DNA of 63,698 nucleotides, the filler included, from an uncultured Gemmatimonadota bacterium (GTDB lineage: Bacteria > Blakebacterota > Blakebacteria > Blakebacterales > Blakebacteraceae), in NCBI GenBank assembly GCA_964576115.1. It is 3 parts of 3 records of this genome, joined end to end, with 100 filler letters (N's around TTAATTAATTAA, not from the genome) between each part and the next. Parts side by side here need not be neighbours in the genome. Positions count along the whole stretch, not along the records: positions 51,898 to 63,698 come from CAZNUA010000079.1; 2 more parts are not named here. One strand, 5' to 3'. The translations under genes and the position numbers were made by a program. Positions within the stretch are counted from its first letter, which is position 1. Each line of letters opens with the position of its first letter. The notes beneath the pieces were generated by a model, which searched no databases, was not told the origin of the DNA, and saw nothing but the letters and a program-made list of their open reading frames with translations. Of this stretch, positions 53,049 through 62,129 are shown piece by piece.

Positions 53049-55466
53049 ATGTCCAGCTTTCTGCATGACCTGCGTCACAGTTTCCGGGTGCTGCTGCGCA
53101 ATCCGGGACTGACCCTCACCTGCGCCCTGACCTTCGCCTTCGGCATCGGCATCACCGCAATGATGTTCAGCGTCATCAACGGCAGTCTCTGGGAGCCGCT
53201 GCCCTTCGATGAATCCCGGCGTCTGGCCTATATCATGCGGCACAATCTCTCCGAGGGTACCGAACGGATGAATGTCCCGGTCCACGATTTCGTCGAGTGG
53301 CGGGCACAGCAGACCAGTTTCGAAGATATCTCGGGCTGGTACTCGGGAACGGTCAACCTGAGCAACGGCGAGGATCCGCCGATCCGCTACGATGGCGCCT
53401 TCATCACACCCAGTGCCTTCACTCTGACCCGGGTGGCGCCGATCATGGGCCGGATTTTTACAGAAGAGGAGATGGATCCCGCCACCCCGCCGGTGATCAT
53501 GCTCGGGTATGACGTCTGGCAGACCCGCTTTGCCGGCGACCCCGATATCATCGGCCGGACCGTGTTCACCAACGGGGAAACCATGACGATCGTCGGGGTC
53601 ATGCCCGAGGGCTATGTCTTTCCCGAAGGGCAGGATGTCTGGCTCCCCTACCGGGAAAGTCCAACACAGCTTCAGCGGGGTGATGGATACTGGATGATGG
53701 TGATGGGCCGTCTGAAGGAGGGGGTGAAGAGGGCCGAGGCCCAGGCCGAACTCGACGCTATCACCGGCGCCCTGGCTCAGGAGTACCCGGAGACCAACGA
53801 GGGGGTGGGCGCCAGGCTCTACCGGCTCTCCGAGATCATTCTCGACAGCCAGGCCCGGATGATCATGTTCCTGATCCTGGGAGCCACGGTGATAGTGCTG
53901 ATGATCGCCTGCTTCAACGTGGCCAACATCCTGCTTTCCCGGGCCGCGGTGCGAACCCGCGAGATGGCGGTGCGCACCAGCCTGGGAGCCAGCCGGAGCC
54001 GGATCGTCTCGCTGATTGTCCTCGAAGCCTTCGCGCTGGCCCTGGTAGGAGCGGTCGTCGGGACGATCCTCGCCCATTTCGCCATCCAGTATTTCAACGT
54101 TGCCGTGGCCTCGACCGATCCCCCCTGGTGGTTCGACTTCAACATCGATCCCTGGGTTCTGCTCTACGTGGCCGGGTTGGTCGTTTTCGCCAGCCTCGTC
54201 TCAGGCCTGCTCCCCGCCCTGCAATCGACCCGGACCAGCATCAGCGAAGTGCTCAAGGACGAGTCACGGGCCGCCTCCGGCTTCAGGCTCTCCCGCCTGA
54301 GCCGAACTCTGGTGATCGGTGAGATTGCTTTCTCGCTGGGATTGCTGTTTTCGGCCGGCCTGCTGACCCGCAGCCTGATGAACCTGGGCACCCAGGATTT
54401 CGGGGTCGAATCGGAGAACGTGCTGACCGCCCGGGTCGGGCTGTTCGAGAGTGATTACCCGTCGGTTGAGTCGCGCACTCTGTTCTGGCAGGAGCTGTAC
54501 GAGCGTCTCAACAACCTGCCGGGAGTCATCGACGCCACCCTGACCCCCAATCTGCCCGTGCGCGGCTCCGACGGCACGGGATTCCGCTTTGAAGGGGTCG
54601 AATATCCACCCGAAGCCGATCTGCCCTTCACCGGGGTCAAGGCGGTGGCCCCGGGGTACTTCGCGACTTTCGGAATCGAACTCGCGCAGGGGCGCGACTT
54701 TGCCTCATCGGACAATGCCGACGCCAACCTGGTGGCGATCGTCAACCAGGCCTTTGTCGAACGTTTCAGTCCCGGCCAGAGCCCGCTCGGCCGGCGCGCG
54801 GGCCCCTCCGTCGAGGGCGCTGAAACACCCTGGTACACGATCGTGGGAGTGGTCGGCAACGAGTGGACCTCGAGTGAGGATCCCGAACCCGCCCTCGCCT
54901 ACACCTGCCTCTTTCAGGAAGACTTCCGCTTCATCAGCCTGGCCCTGCACACCCAGGGCCCGCCGGAAACGTTCATCGGCGCCATGCGCGAGGCCGTCAT
55001 CTCGATCGACCCGAACCTGCCTCTGTACTGGGTCATGCCCATGGCCGACGCCCTCTACGAAGCCATCTGGCCGTACCATGTCTTCGGCGGCCTGATGATC
55101 GCCGCCGGTGTGATCGCGCTCTTTCTGGGTTCGATCGGGCTGTACGGGGTCATGGCCTTCTCGGTCAGCCGACGTACCCAGGAGATCGGAGTCCGGATGG
55201 CCCTGGGAGCCGAACCGAGCAACCTCATCGGCATGATCCTGCGCCAGGGCGGCCGGCAGCTCGCGGTCGGTATGCTGATCGGGACCGCTCTGGCCCTGGC
55301 CCTGGCACAGGGAATGCAGATGGTCCTGTTCGGAGTGAGTCCGACCGACCCGGTCGTGTTCGCTTTCATCATCGGGGTGCTGACCGTCACGGGACTGCTG
55401 GCCAGTTACATTCCTGCCAGACGGGCGATCCGGGTCGATCCGGTGGAAGCTCTACGGTACGAATGA
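53049..55466 (+). CDS. ADOP-type duplicated ABC permease
   Basis: DLRHSFRVLLRNPG, IACFNVANILL, REMAVRTSLGA, RRTQEIGVRMALGA, VDPVEALRYE. Confidence 0.93.
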   Translation: MSSFLHDLRHSFRVLLRNPGLTLTCALTFAFGIGITAMMFSVINGSLWEPLPFDESRRLAYIMRHNLSEGTERMNVPVHDFVEWRAQQTSFEDISGWYSGTVNLSNGEDPPIRYDGAFITPSAFTLTRVAPIMGRIFTEEEMDPATPPVIMLGYDVWQTRFAGDPDIIGRTVFTNGETMTIVGVMPEGYVFPEGQDVWLPYRESPTQLQRGDGYWMMVMGRLKEGVKRAEAQAELDAITGALAQEYPETNEGVGARLYRLSEIILDSQARMIMFLILGATVIVLMIACFNVANILLSRAAVRTREMAVRTSLGASRSRIVSLIVLEAFALALVGAVVGTILAHFAIQYFNVAVASTDPPWWFDFNIDPWVLLYVAGLVVFASLVSGLLPALQSTRTSISEVLKDESRAASGFRLSRLSRTLVIGEIAFSLGLLFSAGLLTRSLMNLGTQDFGVESENVLTARVGLFESDYPSVESRTLFWQELYERLNNLPGVIDATLTPNLPVRGSDGTGFRFEGVEYPPEADLPFTGVKAVAPGYFATFGIELAQGRDFASSDNADANLVAIVNQAFVERFSPGQSPLGRRAGPSVEGAETPWYTIVGVVGNEWTSSEDPEPALAYTCLFQEDFRFISLALHTQGPPETFIGAMREAVISIDPNLPLYWVMPMADALYEAIWPYHVFGGLMIAAGVIALFLGSIGLYGVMAFSVSRRTQEIGVRMALGAEPSNLIGMILRQGGRQLAVGMLIGTALALALAQGMQMVLFGVSPTDPVVFAFIIGVLTVTGLLASYIPARRAIRVDPVEALRYE

Positions 55467-55737
55467 AACTTATCACATAAATAATCGTACACTTTTTCAT
55501 ACGGTCCGATTGCCCCGTCTGCGACAGGATATGCAGTCCACTCACTTGCCGGGCCGGGTGGCAGCATGTTTCCTCTCCCGACCGGGCACCGGGCCGTATT
55601 CTTTATCCCCGCCTCTTCCGCAACCGGTGAACCGCCCCACCGGCAGCCATCACGAGTCCATTGAGGTTGTGGACCGCCTGACCGGGCACTAGGGTGATCC
55701 GGGCAGACCGGCCCCACCGAAACCGGAAGGATCCGAA

Positions 55738-56211
55738 ATGGCGAACCGGAGGGCGCGATTCGAGACCAGCCAGGGAGAGTTCGCACTCGAACTCTTCGAA
55801 GACAGAGCCCCGCTCACCACGGGCAATTTCATCGAACTGGCTGAAAAGGGATTTTACGACGGGTTGATCTTCCACCGGGTCATCGAGGATTTCATGATCC
55901 AGGGAGGGTGTCCCCACGGCACGGGGACCGGCGGTCCCGGCTATCAGATCGATGATGAGTTCCATCCCGACCTGCGTCATGACGCTGAAGGGATTCTCTC
56001 GATGGCCAATGCCGGACCGGATACCGGCGGCTCGCAGTTCTTCATCACGCTGGCGGCTACACCATGGCTGGACGACCATCACGCGGTCTTCGGCCGCGTG
56101 ATCGAGGGTATAGAGGCGGTTCGAAAGATCGGCAGCGTGCCCACCAATCCCGGCGACCGGCCGCTCGAGGACGTGACCATCAGTCAGGTGACGATCAGCG
56201 CTGCCGAGTGA
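55738..56211 (+). CDS. Cyclophilin-type peptidyl-prolyl cis-trans isomerase
   Basis: FYDGLIFHRVIEDFMIQGG, LSMANAGPDTGGSQFFIT, WLDDHHAVFGRV. Confidence 0.95.
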   Translation: MANRRARFETSQGEFALELFEDRAPLTTGNFIELAEKGFYDGLIFHRVIEDFMIQGGCPHGTGTGGPGYQIDDEFHPDLRHDAEGILSMANAGPDTGGSQFFITLAATPWLDDHHAVFGRVIEGIEAVRKIGSVPTNPGDRPLEDVTISQVTISAAE

Positions 56212-56325
56212 CCGTTGGCGGCGCCGCCATCCACTGCGAGCACCGGGGCTCCGGACAAACCGAGCGCCGACGCATCAAAAAATTGCTGCTGCGGCAGCGA
56301 CAGGTCAGATGCATGCGGTGTTCCG

Positions 56326-56348
56326 TTTTCCCCCGGACCGGGGGAAAA
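56326..56348 (-). promoter_or_regulatory. Putative bacterial SECIS element
   Basis: Minus strand TTTTCCCCC-GGTCC-GGGGGAAAA, starting 11 nt after the UGA at 56362-56360. Confidence 0.6.
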
Positions 56349-56350
56349 GG

Positions 56351-56914
56351 TCAGAAGCCTCAGCCGTAGGCGGTGCGGTCGGGAGCCGAACTCAGATCGA
56401 TCTCGGCCGGGTCTGTGCCGGCCGCTGCGGCCAGATCGGCGTTCAGGGCTGCCAGGGCTTCACGACCGTAGCCGGGGTAGATCTTTGCGATCGTACCGTC
56501 GGTGGCGATCTGGAAGGTCACGATCGAGCGGACCAGACCATAGGCCCCGATCAGGATCTTGTCGGGATCGGGGAGGATGGTGAAGGAAGACCCGTACCTG
56601 TCGAGCCAGCGCTCCAAACGCTCCTGCGGCCCGCTCACCACCCCCAGCAGAACCGCCTTTCCGTCATACGCCGACGCGATCGCGGAGAAGAGCGGCACCG
56701 CGGCCACGTTCGAGGGACAGCTCTCCTTCCAGAAGGTGACGAAGACCGGGGCTTGTTGCCGCAAGGTATCGAGGCTATAGGTCTCGCCATCACTGCCCGT
56801 CAGAGTGAAGGCAGGCGCTTCGGAACCTTCCTGCAGGGTCTGTTGAGGCCAGGACAGTCCCATCGTACAGATCAGTATCACAAAGACTGTCAGGGGTCTG
56901 AAAACGACTTTCAT
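56351..56914 (-). CDS. Exported AhpC/TSA-like redoxin, candidate selenoprotein ending TAYG-U-GF
   Basis: APAFTL..YSLDTL..FWKESCPSN..LPDPDK; TGA-GGC-TTC-TGA at the 3' end followed by a SECIS-like hairpin; ends at 56360 if the first TGA is a stop. Confidence 0.8.
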
Positions 56915-57021
56915 CGTGTTCACCGCACCTTTGGTATGAGCGTTCCTCGACTCGCGGAAAAAATATATAGGAATCCGAAACAAATCGACAAGCCCGGAAT
57001 GTTGCCTGCCTCCGAAAACGC

Positions 57022-58185
57022 TCAGCCGAAAATGAGCTTGAGAACGCCCCGCACCCCCTCCCGAAAGAAGTAGAAGACCCGCCGGGCATAGGCCGGGATC
57101 AGCTGCCGCCTGCGGGTAAGCCCGTACTGCAACATCATGAAATCGGGGACGGGGAAGAAGAGCGCCAAGAGATAGCGCAGTTTCGTACGGATCCCCCGGG
57201 TGGCGACGAAGAGCGCCAGGCTCTCCCTGCCGTCGATATCGGAACCGGAAGCGAGCAGATCGGCCAGACGCCCCGCCCGTGTCGGCGGGGGTTTGTCAGG
57301 AAGGGTCTCGAGCACCTCGACCGGAACCGGTGTGCAAAGATGCCCGATGAGGAGCCGTAGCGCCCGGCCGAGCAGGAAGCCCTGTCCCGAATTCACGGCT
57401 GACGCGGTCAGGAGCGACCAGTCGAGGCCAACCGAAGAGCGCCGGATCAGACGGTCGAGTTCGTAGAACCGCAGGAAGGGTGCCGAGGGCCCTTCATGCA
57501 TCAGATGAAGCGAGAGGTGAAGAATGAGATCTTCATCGCTGAGCTGCTCGACATCGATATCCAGCACCCTCCCCGTCCGGCAGCGGTCGAAGACGGCTGC
57601 CATGTCGAGCTGTTCGTGAAAGGGGGGGTAGGCCAGTGACCAGCGCGGTTCAACGATGATCCAGCCGTACCGCTTCTTGATGAACTTCAGGGTGTAGTAG
57701 AAATCCTCGGCATAGCCCGGCCGGCGATCCATCCGGCGGTATCCGAGTTCTGCCATTGCCTCACCGAACCGGGATAGGTCCCGGCGCGGCACCAGCAGGT
57801 CGATATCACCCATCGGACGAAGGAAGGGATCCCCGAAAAGCTCCTCGGCCAGCGCCAGGCCCCGGATCGGGATGCAGGTATGGTCTGCCTCGCCCAGGCG
57901 GAGCAGGATCGCGGTGAGTTCTTCAGCCAGAAGCAGGTTGCGGGCGACCGTACCGCGGTATTCCCGATCCATCCGTTCCCCGATCGCTTCGGGGAGTGAG
58001 GTCTCGATCGCCGGCGCGGGAAGCTCACTCAGCCAGTGCCGGAAGAGGGGCAGCAGATTCTCGTCCGCCAACCAGTCCAGCAGGGCGGACCATTCGGCCG
58101 GCGGGATCCGGGCGGCGGTTTCCGGATCCGGCGGAACTCCCCGCAGGAAATCTCCGAGCAAAGGCAGAGCGGGAAGCGCGATCAC
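57022..58185 (-). CDS. Nucleotidyltransferase family protein (lasso cluster tailoring enzyme)
   Basis: IPIRGLALA..LRPMGDIDLLV (NTP_transf_5-like); GTG start overlaps the kinase stop. Confidence 0.85.
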   Translation of the reverse strand: MIALPALPLLGDFLRGVPPDPETAARIPPAEWSALLDWLADENLLPLFRHWLSELPAPAIETSLPEAIGERMDREYRGTVARNLLLAEELTAILLRLGEADHTCIPIRGLALAEELFGDPFLRPMGDIDLLVPRRDLSRFGEAMAELGYRRMDRRPGYAEDFYYTLKFIKKRYGWIIVEPRWSLAYPPFHEQLDMAAVFDRCRTGRVLDIDVEQLSDEDLILHLSLHLMHEGPSAPFLRFYELDRLIRRSSVGLDWSLLTASAVNSGQGFLLGRALRLLIGHLCTPVPVEVLETLPDKPPPTRAGRLADLLASGSDIDGRESLALFVATRGIRTKLRYLLALFFPVPDFMMLQYGLTRRRQLIPAYARRVFYFFREGVRGVLKLIFG

Positions 58186-59129
58186 GGATGCCGCCGCAGC
58201 AGGGCTTCGCGGACCTCGTCGAGCCGGGTGAGGTCGCGGGGCCAGGCGAGTGTACGGACGGGGATCTCCTGTGCCAGACGGGCGGTCTGCTCGAACTGAA
58301 CGGTCAACCGCTCCGGTTCCACCGCCAGGGTATTGAAGGTGTTGGCGATCAGGGCCAGACAGGCCTCGCGGGCGGACAGATCGCCGATAACCGGAGCAGC
58401 CGGCCCCCCCACTCCTTCATCGGGGGCGAGGATGTAGAGCGCCGTCAGCGGCACAGTCCGGTCGGGTGCGACCGCCTGCTGAGCGTCAAGCGGAATAATG
58501 CACTTCTCGGTATCGGGATTCATCGGAACGCCCCGGCCGTGGTCCCCGAGCAGGGCCGCGGCGACGTGAGGGAAGAGCTTTATCCGGGCCGGACCGGGCC
58601 AGGTGGCGAAGCCTCCTGATCCGTCGGGTTCGATCACCAGGAGGTCATCGGTAACCAGGGAATAACCCGCCCCCAGGAAGGCGGCACCGAGGGTCGATTT
58701 CCCGAATCCGCTGTCGCCCAGGAATCCGATCGCCCCTTTCTCGACAAGAACGGCAGTGGCATGGAGCGGTTCGCGCCCCTGCCGGAGCAGAGCGAATGAG
58801 AGCACCTGTCCGAGCAGGTAGGTCTGCAGTGACTCGAGTGAGGTCTGACCCAGCTCATGGCCCTCGATCGTCCGGCCGTCGGGAGATACGAGGAATTCGA
58901 ACAGATCGGTCCAGCGCAGGTAGATCTCACCACCGGGACGCGGCAGATAGCGGAACCACTCCCGGCCGTCCGGTTGATGGGTAACGGCGGCAGCGGCCTC
59001 GCGGAAGCGGTCCGCCGGCGCCCGGGTGAGGATCACATCGGGTTCGGAGTCATCTGTACCGGGCGGAGCCGGTAGAGGCCAGTCGCTCGCAAGCTGAAGA
59101 CCGTAGAGGACGTACGGGCGGGGGGGCAT
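58182..59129 (-). CDS. HPr kinase-like serine kinase (lasso cluster tailoring enzyme)
   Basis: YVLYGL, LHATAV, P-loop GDSGFGKST, LVTDD. Confidence 0.85.
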   Translation of the reverse strand: MPPRPYVLYGLQLASDWPLPAPPGTDDSEPDVILTRAPADRFREAAAAVTHQPDGREWFRYLPRPGGEIYLRWTDLFEFLVSPDGRTIEGHELGQTSLESLQTYLLGQVLSFALLRQGREPLHATAVLVEKGAIGFLGDSGFGKSTLGAAFLGAGYSLVTDDLLVIEPDGSGGFATWPGPARIKLFPHVAAALLGDHGRGVPMNPDTEKCIIPLDAQQAVAPDRTVPLTALYILAPDEGVGGPAAPVIGDLSAREACLALIANTFNTLAVEPERLTVQFEQTARLAQEIPVRTLAWPRDLTRLDEVREALLRRHP

Positions 59130-59181
59130 GTCGGGTGAACCGGTCACACAGGGCGGAGAAAAAGCCGGTTCGATCGCGCGC

Positions 59182-59346
59182 TCAGGCGGGCCTGCCGGTG
59201 GAGCGCGTGCTGGGCTTGGCCCCGCCATCCTGTTTGGTGCCACCCTTGGCCATGGTGAGGGTGGTGAGGTTCCCGTATTCAACAAGCTCGGGCGAAGAGT
59301 ACGGCTTCTTCCCGCCAGCCGTTCCGGGTCTCTGTTTCCCATCCAT
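59182..59346 (-). CDS. Lasso peptide precursor (54 aa): MDGKQRPGTAGGKKPYSSPELVEYGNLTTLTM-AKGGTKQDGGAKPSTRSTGRPA
   Basis: Manual translation; GGGAGG RBS; leader motif YxxPxL..G..T(-2); core Ala1..Asp8; lies between cyclase and kinase. Confidence 0.9.
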   Translation of the reverse strand: MDGKQRPGTAGGKKPYSSPELVEYGNLTTLTMAKGGTKQDGGAKPSTRSTGRPA

Positions 59347-59409
59347 GTCTTGGTCCTCCCGGTCGCAAACGACCGCTATGCAGGACAGGTCATCGCTCGA
59401 CCAATAATA

Positions 59410-61310
59410 CTACACCTTCATGAAGGTGTGTAGGAAGAGCTCCAGACCGAGCACTTCGGAAAGTCCCATGGCGGCCTGGTAGTCATCACGGTCGAGTTCG
59501 TCCCGGGCCCCGGCGAGCGCGGGGGCCAGAACAGCAGGATCGAACAATCCCGCCCGTACACCGGCAGATTCGCTGCCGAGCAGGGCGAGCAGGGTTTCGT
59601 ATTCCTCACGCACCGCAGCGCTCACGACGGGGGTGAAATCCGCCTTCCAGGTGCGTTCCCGGATCGGGTCGGGCAGGATGCCCCGCATCGCCCGGCGCAG
59701 GATCCCCTTGGGCACTCCTTCCGGATGCACGGCTTCACCGGGCACGTTGAGCAGGAAAACGAGCAGATCCCGATCGAGAAAGGGGAAGGCCATTTCACAC
59801 CCGTACATCGCCGCCAGTTTGTCGTCCCATTCCAGGCAGAGTCCGTGATGCCCCGATCTGATCTGCTCGTAGAGTGAACGGGCGTGCACGGTCGGCTGTG
59901 AGGAGACGAACGGAGCGGCAGAGATCCGCCGGTGGCGTACCAAACGGACAAAACGGGGTGTAAACCACTCCCGGCCCGGACGCAGGCGACGGGCTCGCAG
60001 ACGAACCATCAATCGCCGGGGCAGGCTGTACTTGATCAGGTCGAGCCCGAACCGCCGGCGGTAGACCCGGCGATCGGGCTCGTTGAACCAGTATCCATAC
60101 TGACGCATGTGACCGGCGATCGTACCCCAGGCCAGCTGCCGGAACAGATCAACCAGATAGGCCTGATCGAAGAGCAGCTGGTCGGCCCAGTGCCCGCTCA
60201 GGATCACCCGCGCTCCCCCAGCGCGAACGGCTTCGAACAGTTCGTGCAGGGTTGCCTGCAGTTCGTCGAGAAAGGGGCTCTCGATGCTATGGACCATCGC
60301 CCGGTGCCCGTCGAGAGTATTGCCCGGGGCCACCGGGATCCGCTGGATAGCGACCGGATAGTGACGCTCGATCTCATCCAGGAAGGCAGATTCATCGGAA
60401 GGCGAGCCCTGCGGCAGGGTATAGGAAAAGGCGCTCACTTCCGGGAAGGGTTCCGCTCCACCGCTTCCCCTTAGATTCAGAGCGGTCGTGAGGATCGAGG
60501 AGGAATCGATCCCGCCGCTGACCGAGACCGCCACCGGGAACCGGCTCCGCAGCCGCCGCCGGACCGCCTGGAAGAACAAGTCACGGTAGGCCTCGGCATA
60601 CTCCTCGGGGCCGGAGAGCCGGATTGGCTGATCCGCGGGAAAGTCCCAGTAGCAGCCCTCCCTCACTCCCCTTCTATCACAGCTGAGCAGATGAGCGGGC
60701 GGCAGGCTGGATACGCCGGCGAAGAAGGTCCGGCCCCAGACATCCTCGCGACTCGATCCCAGCAGGTGGAGGGCCAGAAAATCCTCGTCGGGGCGGGCTT
60801 CGATCGCCGGGTGGGCCAGGAGCGCCTTGATCTCGGATGCGAAAACGACGCTGTCTCCGAGAACGGCGTAATAGAGCGGTTTGAGGCCGATCGAATCGCG
60901 CAGCAGGAACAGGCGCTGCCGACCGGCATCGAACAGAGCACCGCGAAATCGCCGATCAGGGGCGCGGCAAAGGCCTCTCCCCGGGCCAGATAGAAGGCCA
61001 GGAGGAGTTCAGAGTCGGGGACGTCGGATGACAGGCCCGGTTCATCCGGTAGCGCACGTAGCAATTCACTCCGGTTGTCGAGGCGGCCGTCAAAGACGAG
61101 TGTAACTCCGTCGCGGGGGCCGGCCGGCTGGGTCTCGCGCTGCGCCTCGGGCGTCGTCCGGGCCAGCCGACAGACGAAGCCGACCGCTCCCTCGTGCCAG
61201 AGCCCGGCATCATCCGGACCGCGATGGGCCAGGAGCCGGCTCATCTGCCGCAGCAGTTCGGTATCGACCGGCTGCCCGTCCCGGTTCCAGATGCCGGCGA
61301 TCCCGCTCAC
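59410..61310 (-). pseudogene. Lasso peptide cyclase (asparagine synthase-like C protein) interrupted by a 1-nt frameshift near 60940
   Basis: Starts (M)SGIAGIW without the Ntn Cys; HRGPDD, FDGRLDNR, GDFAV; the other frame continues ALFDAGRQRLFLLRDSIGLKPLYY..FASEIKALL into YWD..SVSGGIDSS..FPFLDRDL; real lesion versus assembly error unresolved. Confidence 0.8.
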
Positions 61311-61317
61311 GAGCGTT

Positions 61318-61773
61318 TCATTCGTTCGGCAGCAGGGGAACGTACCCCCGGTTCTCAACGGCGCCGGTCACCGGACGTCCCGCCCACTCCAGCCAGGCAT
61401 GGGCGTCGAGATCTTCACCGTTGCGAGCCACGCCAAGGTGAAGCACGGTCTCGATCCCGCGCCGGGATAGCAGGCGCCTGAGAACCAGCGAGCGTCTCAG
61501 ACAGCTGTCGGCGACCGGGGCATACCGACCGGCGAGTTCGACCAGTTCCGCCGACCGGAGGATAAAACTGCCCAGTTCCTCCTCCTCTGACGGCACCCGG
61601 TCAGAGAGACTTACAGCCCCTGCCGATCCCTGATCGGCGAGGATGGTCCGGGGGGAACGGAAGGCGAGCTCCAGAGCAACCCGGCACCAGGTGAACCAGG
61701 CGGCAACGAGCAGACGCCGTTCCGAGCCCGGGAGAGCGTACAGCTTCCTGATCTTCCTAGACAGTGACCTCAA
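61318..61773 (-). CDS. Lasso peptide B2 leader peptidase (transglutaminase-like)
   Basis: SCLRRSLVL..LHLGV..AHAWLE Cys/His motifs; start approximate. Confidence 0.9.
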   Translation of the reverse strand: MRSLSRKIRKLYALPGSERRLLVAAWFTWCRVALELAFRSPRTILADQGSAGAVSLSDRVPSEEEELGSFILRSAELVELAGRYAPVADSCLRRSLVLRRLLSRRGIETVLHLGVARNGEDLDAHAWLEWAGRPVTGAVENRGYVPLLPNE

Positions 61774-62050
61774 CCAGCCCCTTCCCGGCCAGCTGCTGCA
61801 CCAGATCGACGAGATCGCGTTCGGCCCGGTCGCAGTCCACATCGAATTCTGCAACGATTCCGGTCAGCACATCGCCGAGCGTCGAAGCCCCGTCGAGAAG
61901 TTCCCAGATTCTGGTCCCGACCCGGTCGAGGCCGAAATAGACTCCTGTGTCCAGGTTGAGAAGAACCGCTTCACCATCCAGATTTCGGAACACCACGTTA
62001 TCGGCGGCCCGCACGCGCGAAGCCAGGCAGGCAGCGGCACCCATGCTCAC
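61757..62050 (-). CDS. PqqD-family RiPP recognition element (lasso B1/E protein)
   Basis: VVFRNLDGEAVLLNLDTGVYFGLDRVGTRIWELL..EFDV..DL..L..GLV. Confidence 0.93.
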   Translation of the reverse strand: MSMGAAACLASRVRAADNVVFRNLDGEAVLLNLDTGVYFGLDRVGTRIWELLDGASTLGDVLTGIVAEFDVDCDRAERDLVDLVQQLAGKGLVEVTV

Positions 62051-62129
62051 CTCGGAGTTGGAAGTGATGAACTGATCCTGATGCTATACAGTCCCCCCCC
62101 ATCCTGTCCAGTCATGCGGAATCGGTCGA

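Noticed and set aside
55467-55737. Riboswitch upstream of the cyclophilin gene
   Set aside because: Only short hairpins are visible; I could not match a known aptamer consensus by eye, and an Rfam scan would be needed
56326-56348. Intrinsic terminator reading of the hairpin
   Set aside because: T-run precedes and A-run follows the stem on both strands, so there is no 3' U-tract; the SECIS reading is preferred but not proven
59130-59342. N-terminal extension of the kinase ORF as given in the ORF track
   Set aside because: Pro-rich shadow frame overlapping the real precursor gene; kinase homology starts at ATG 59129
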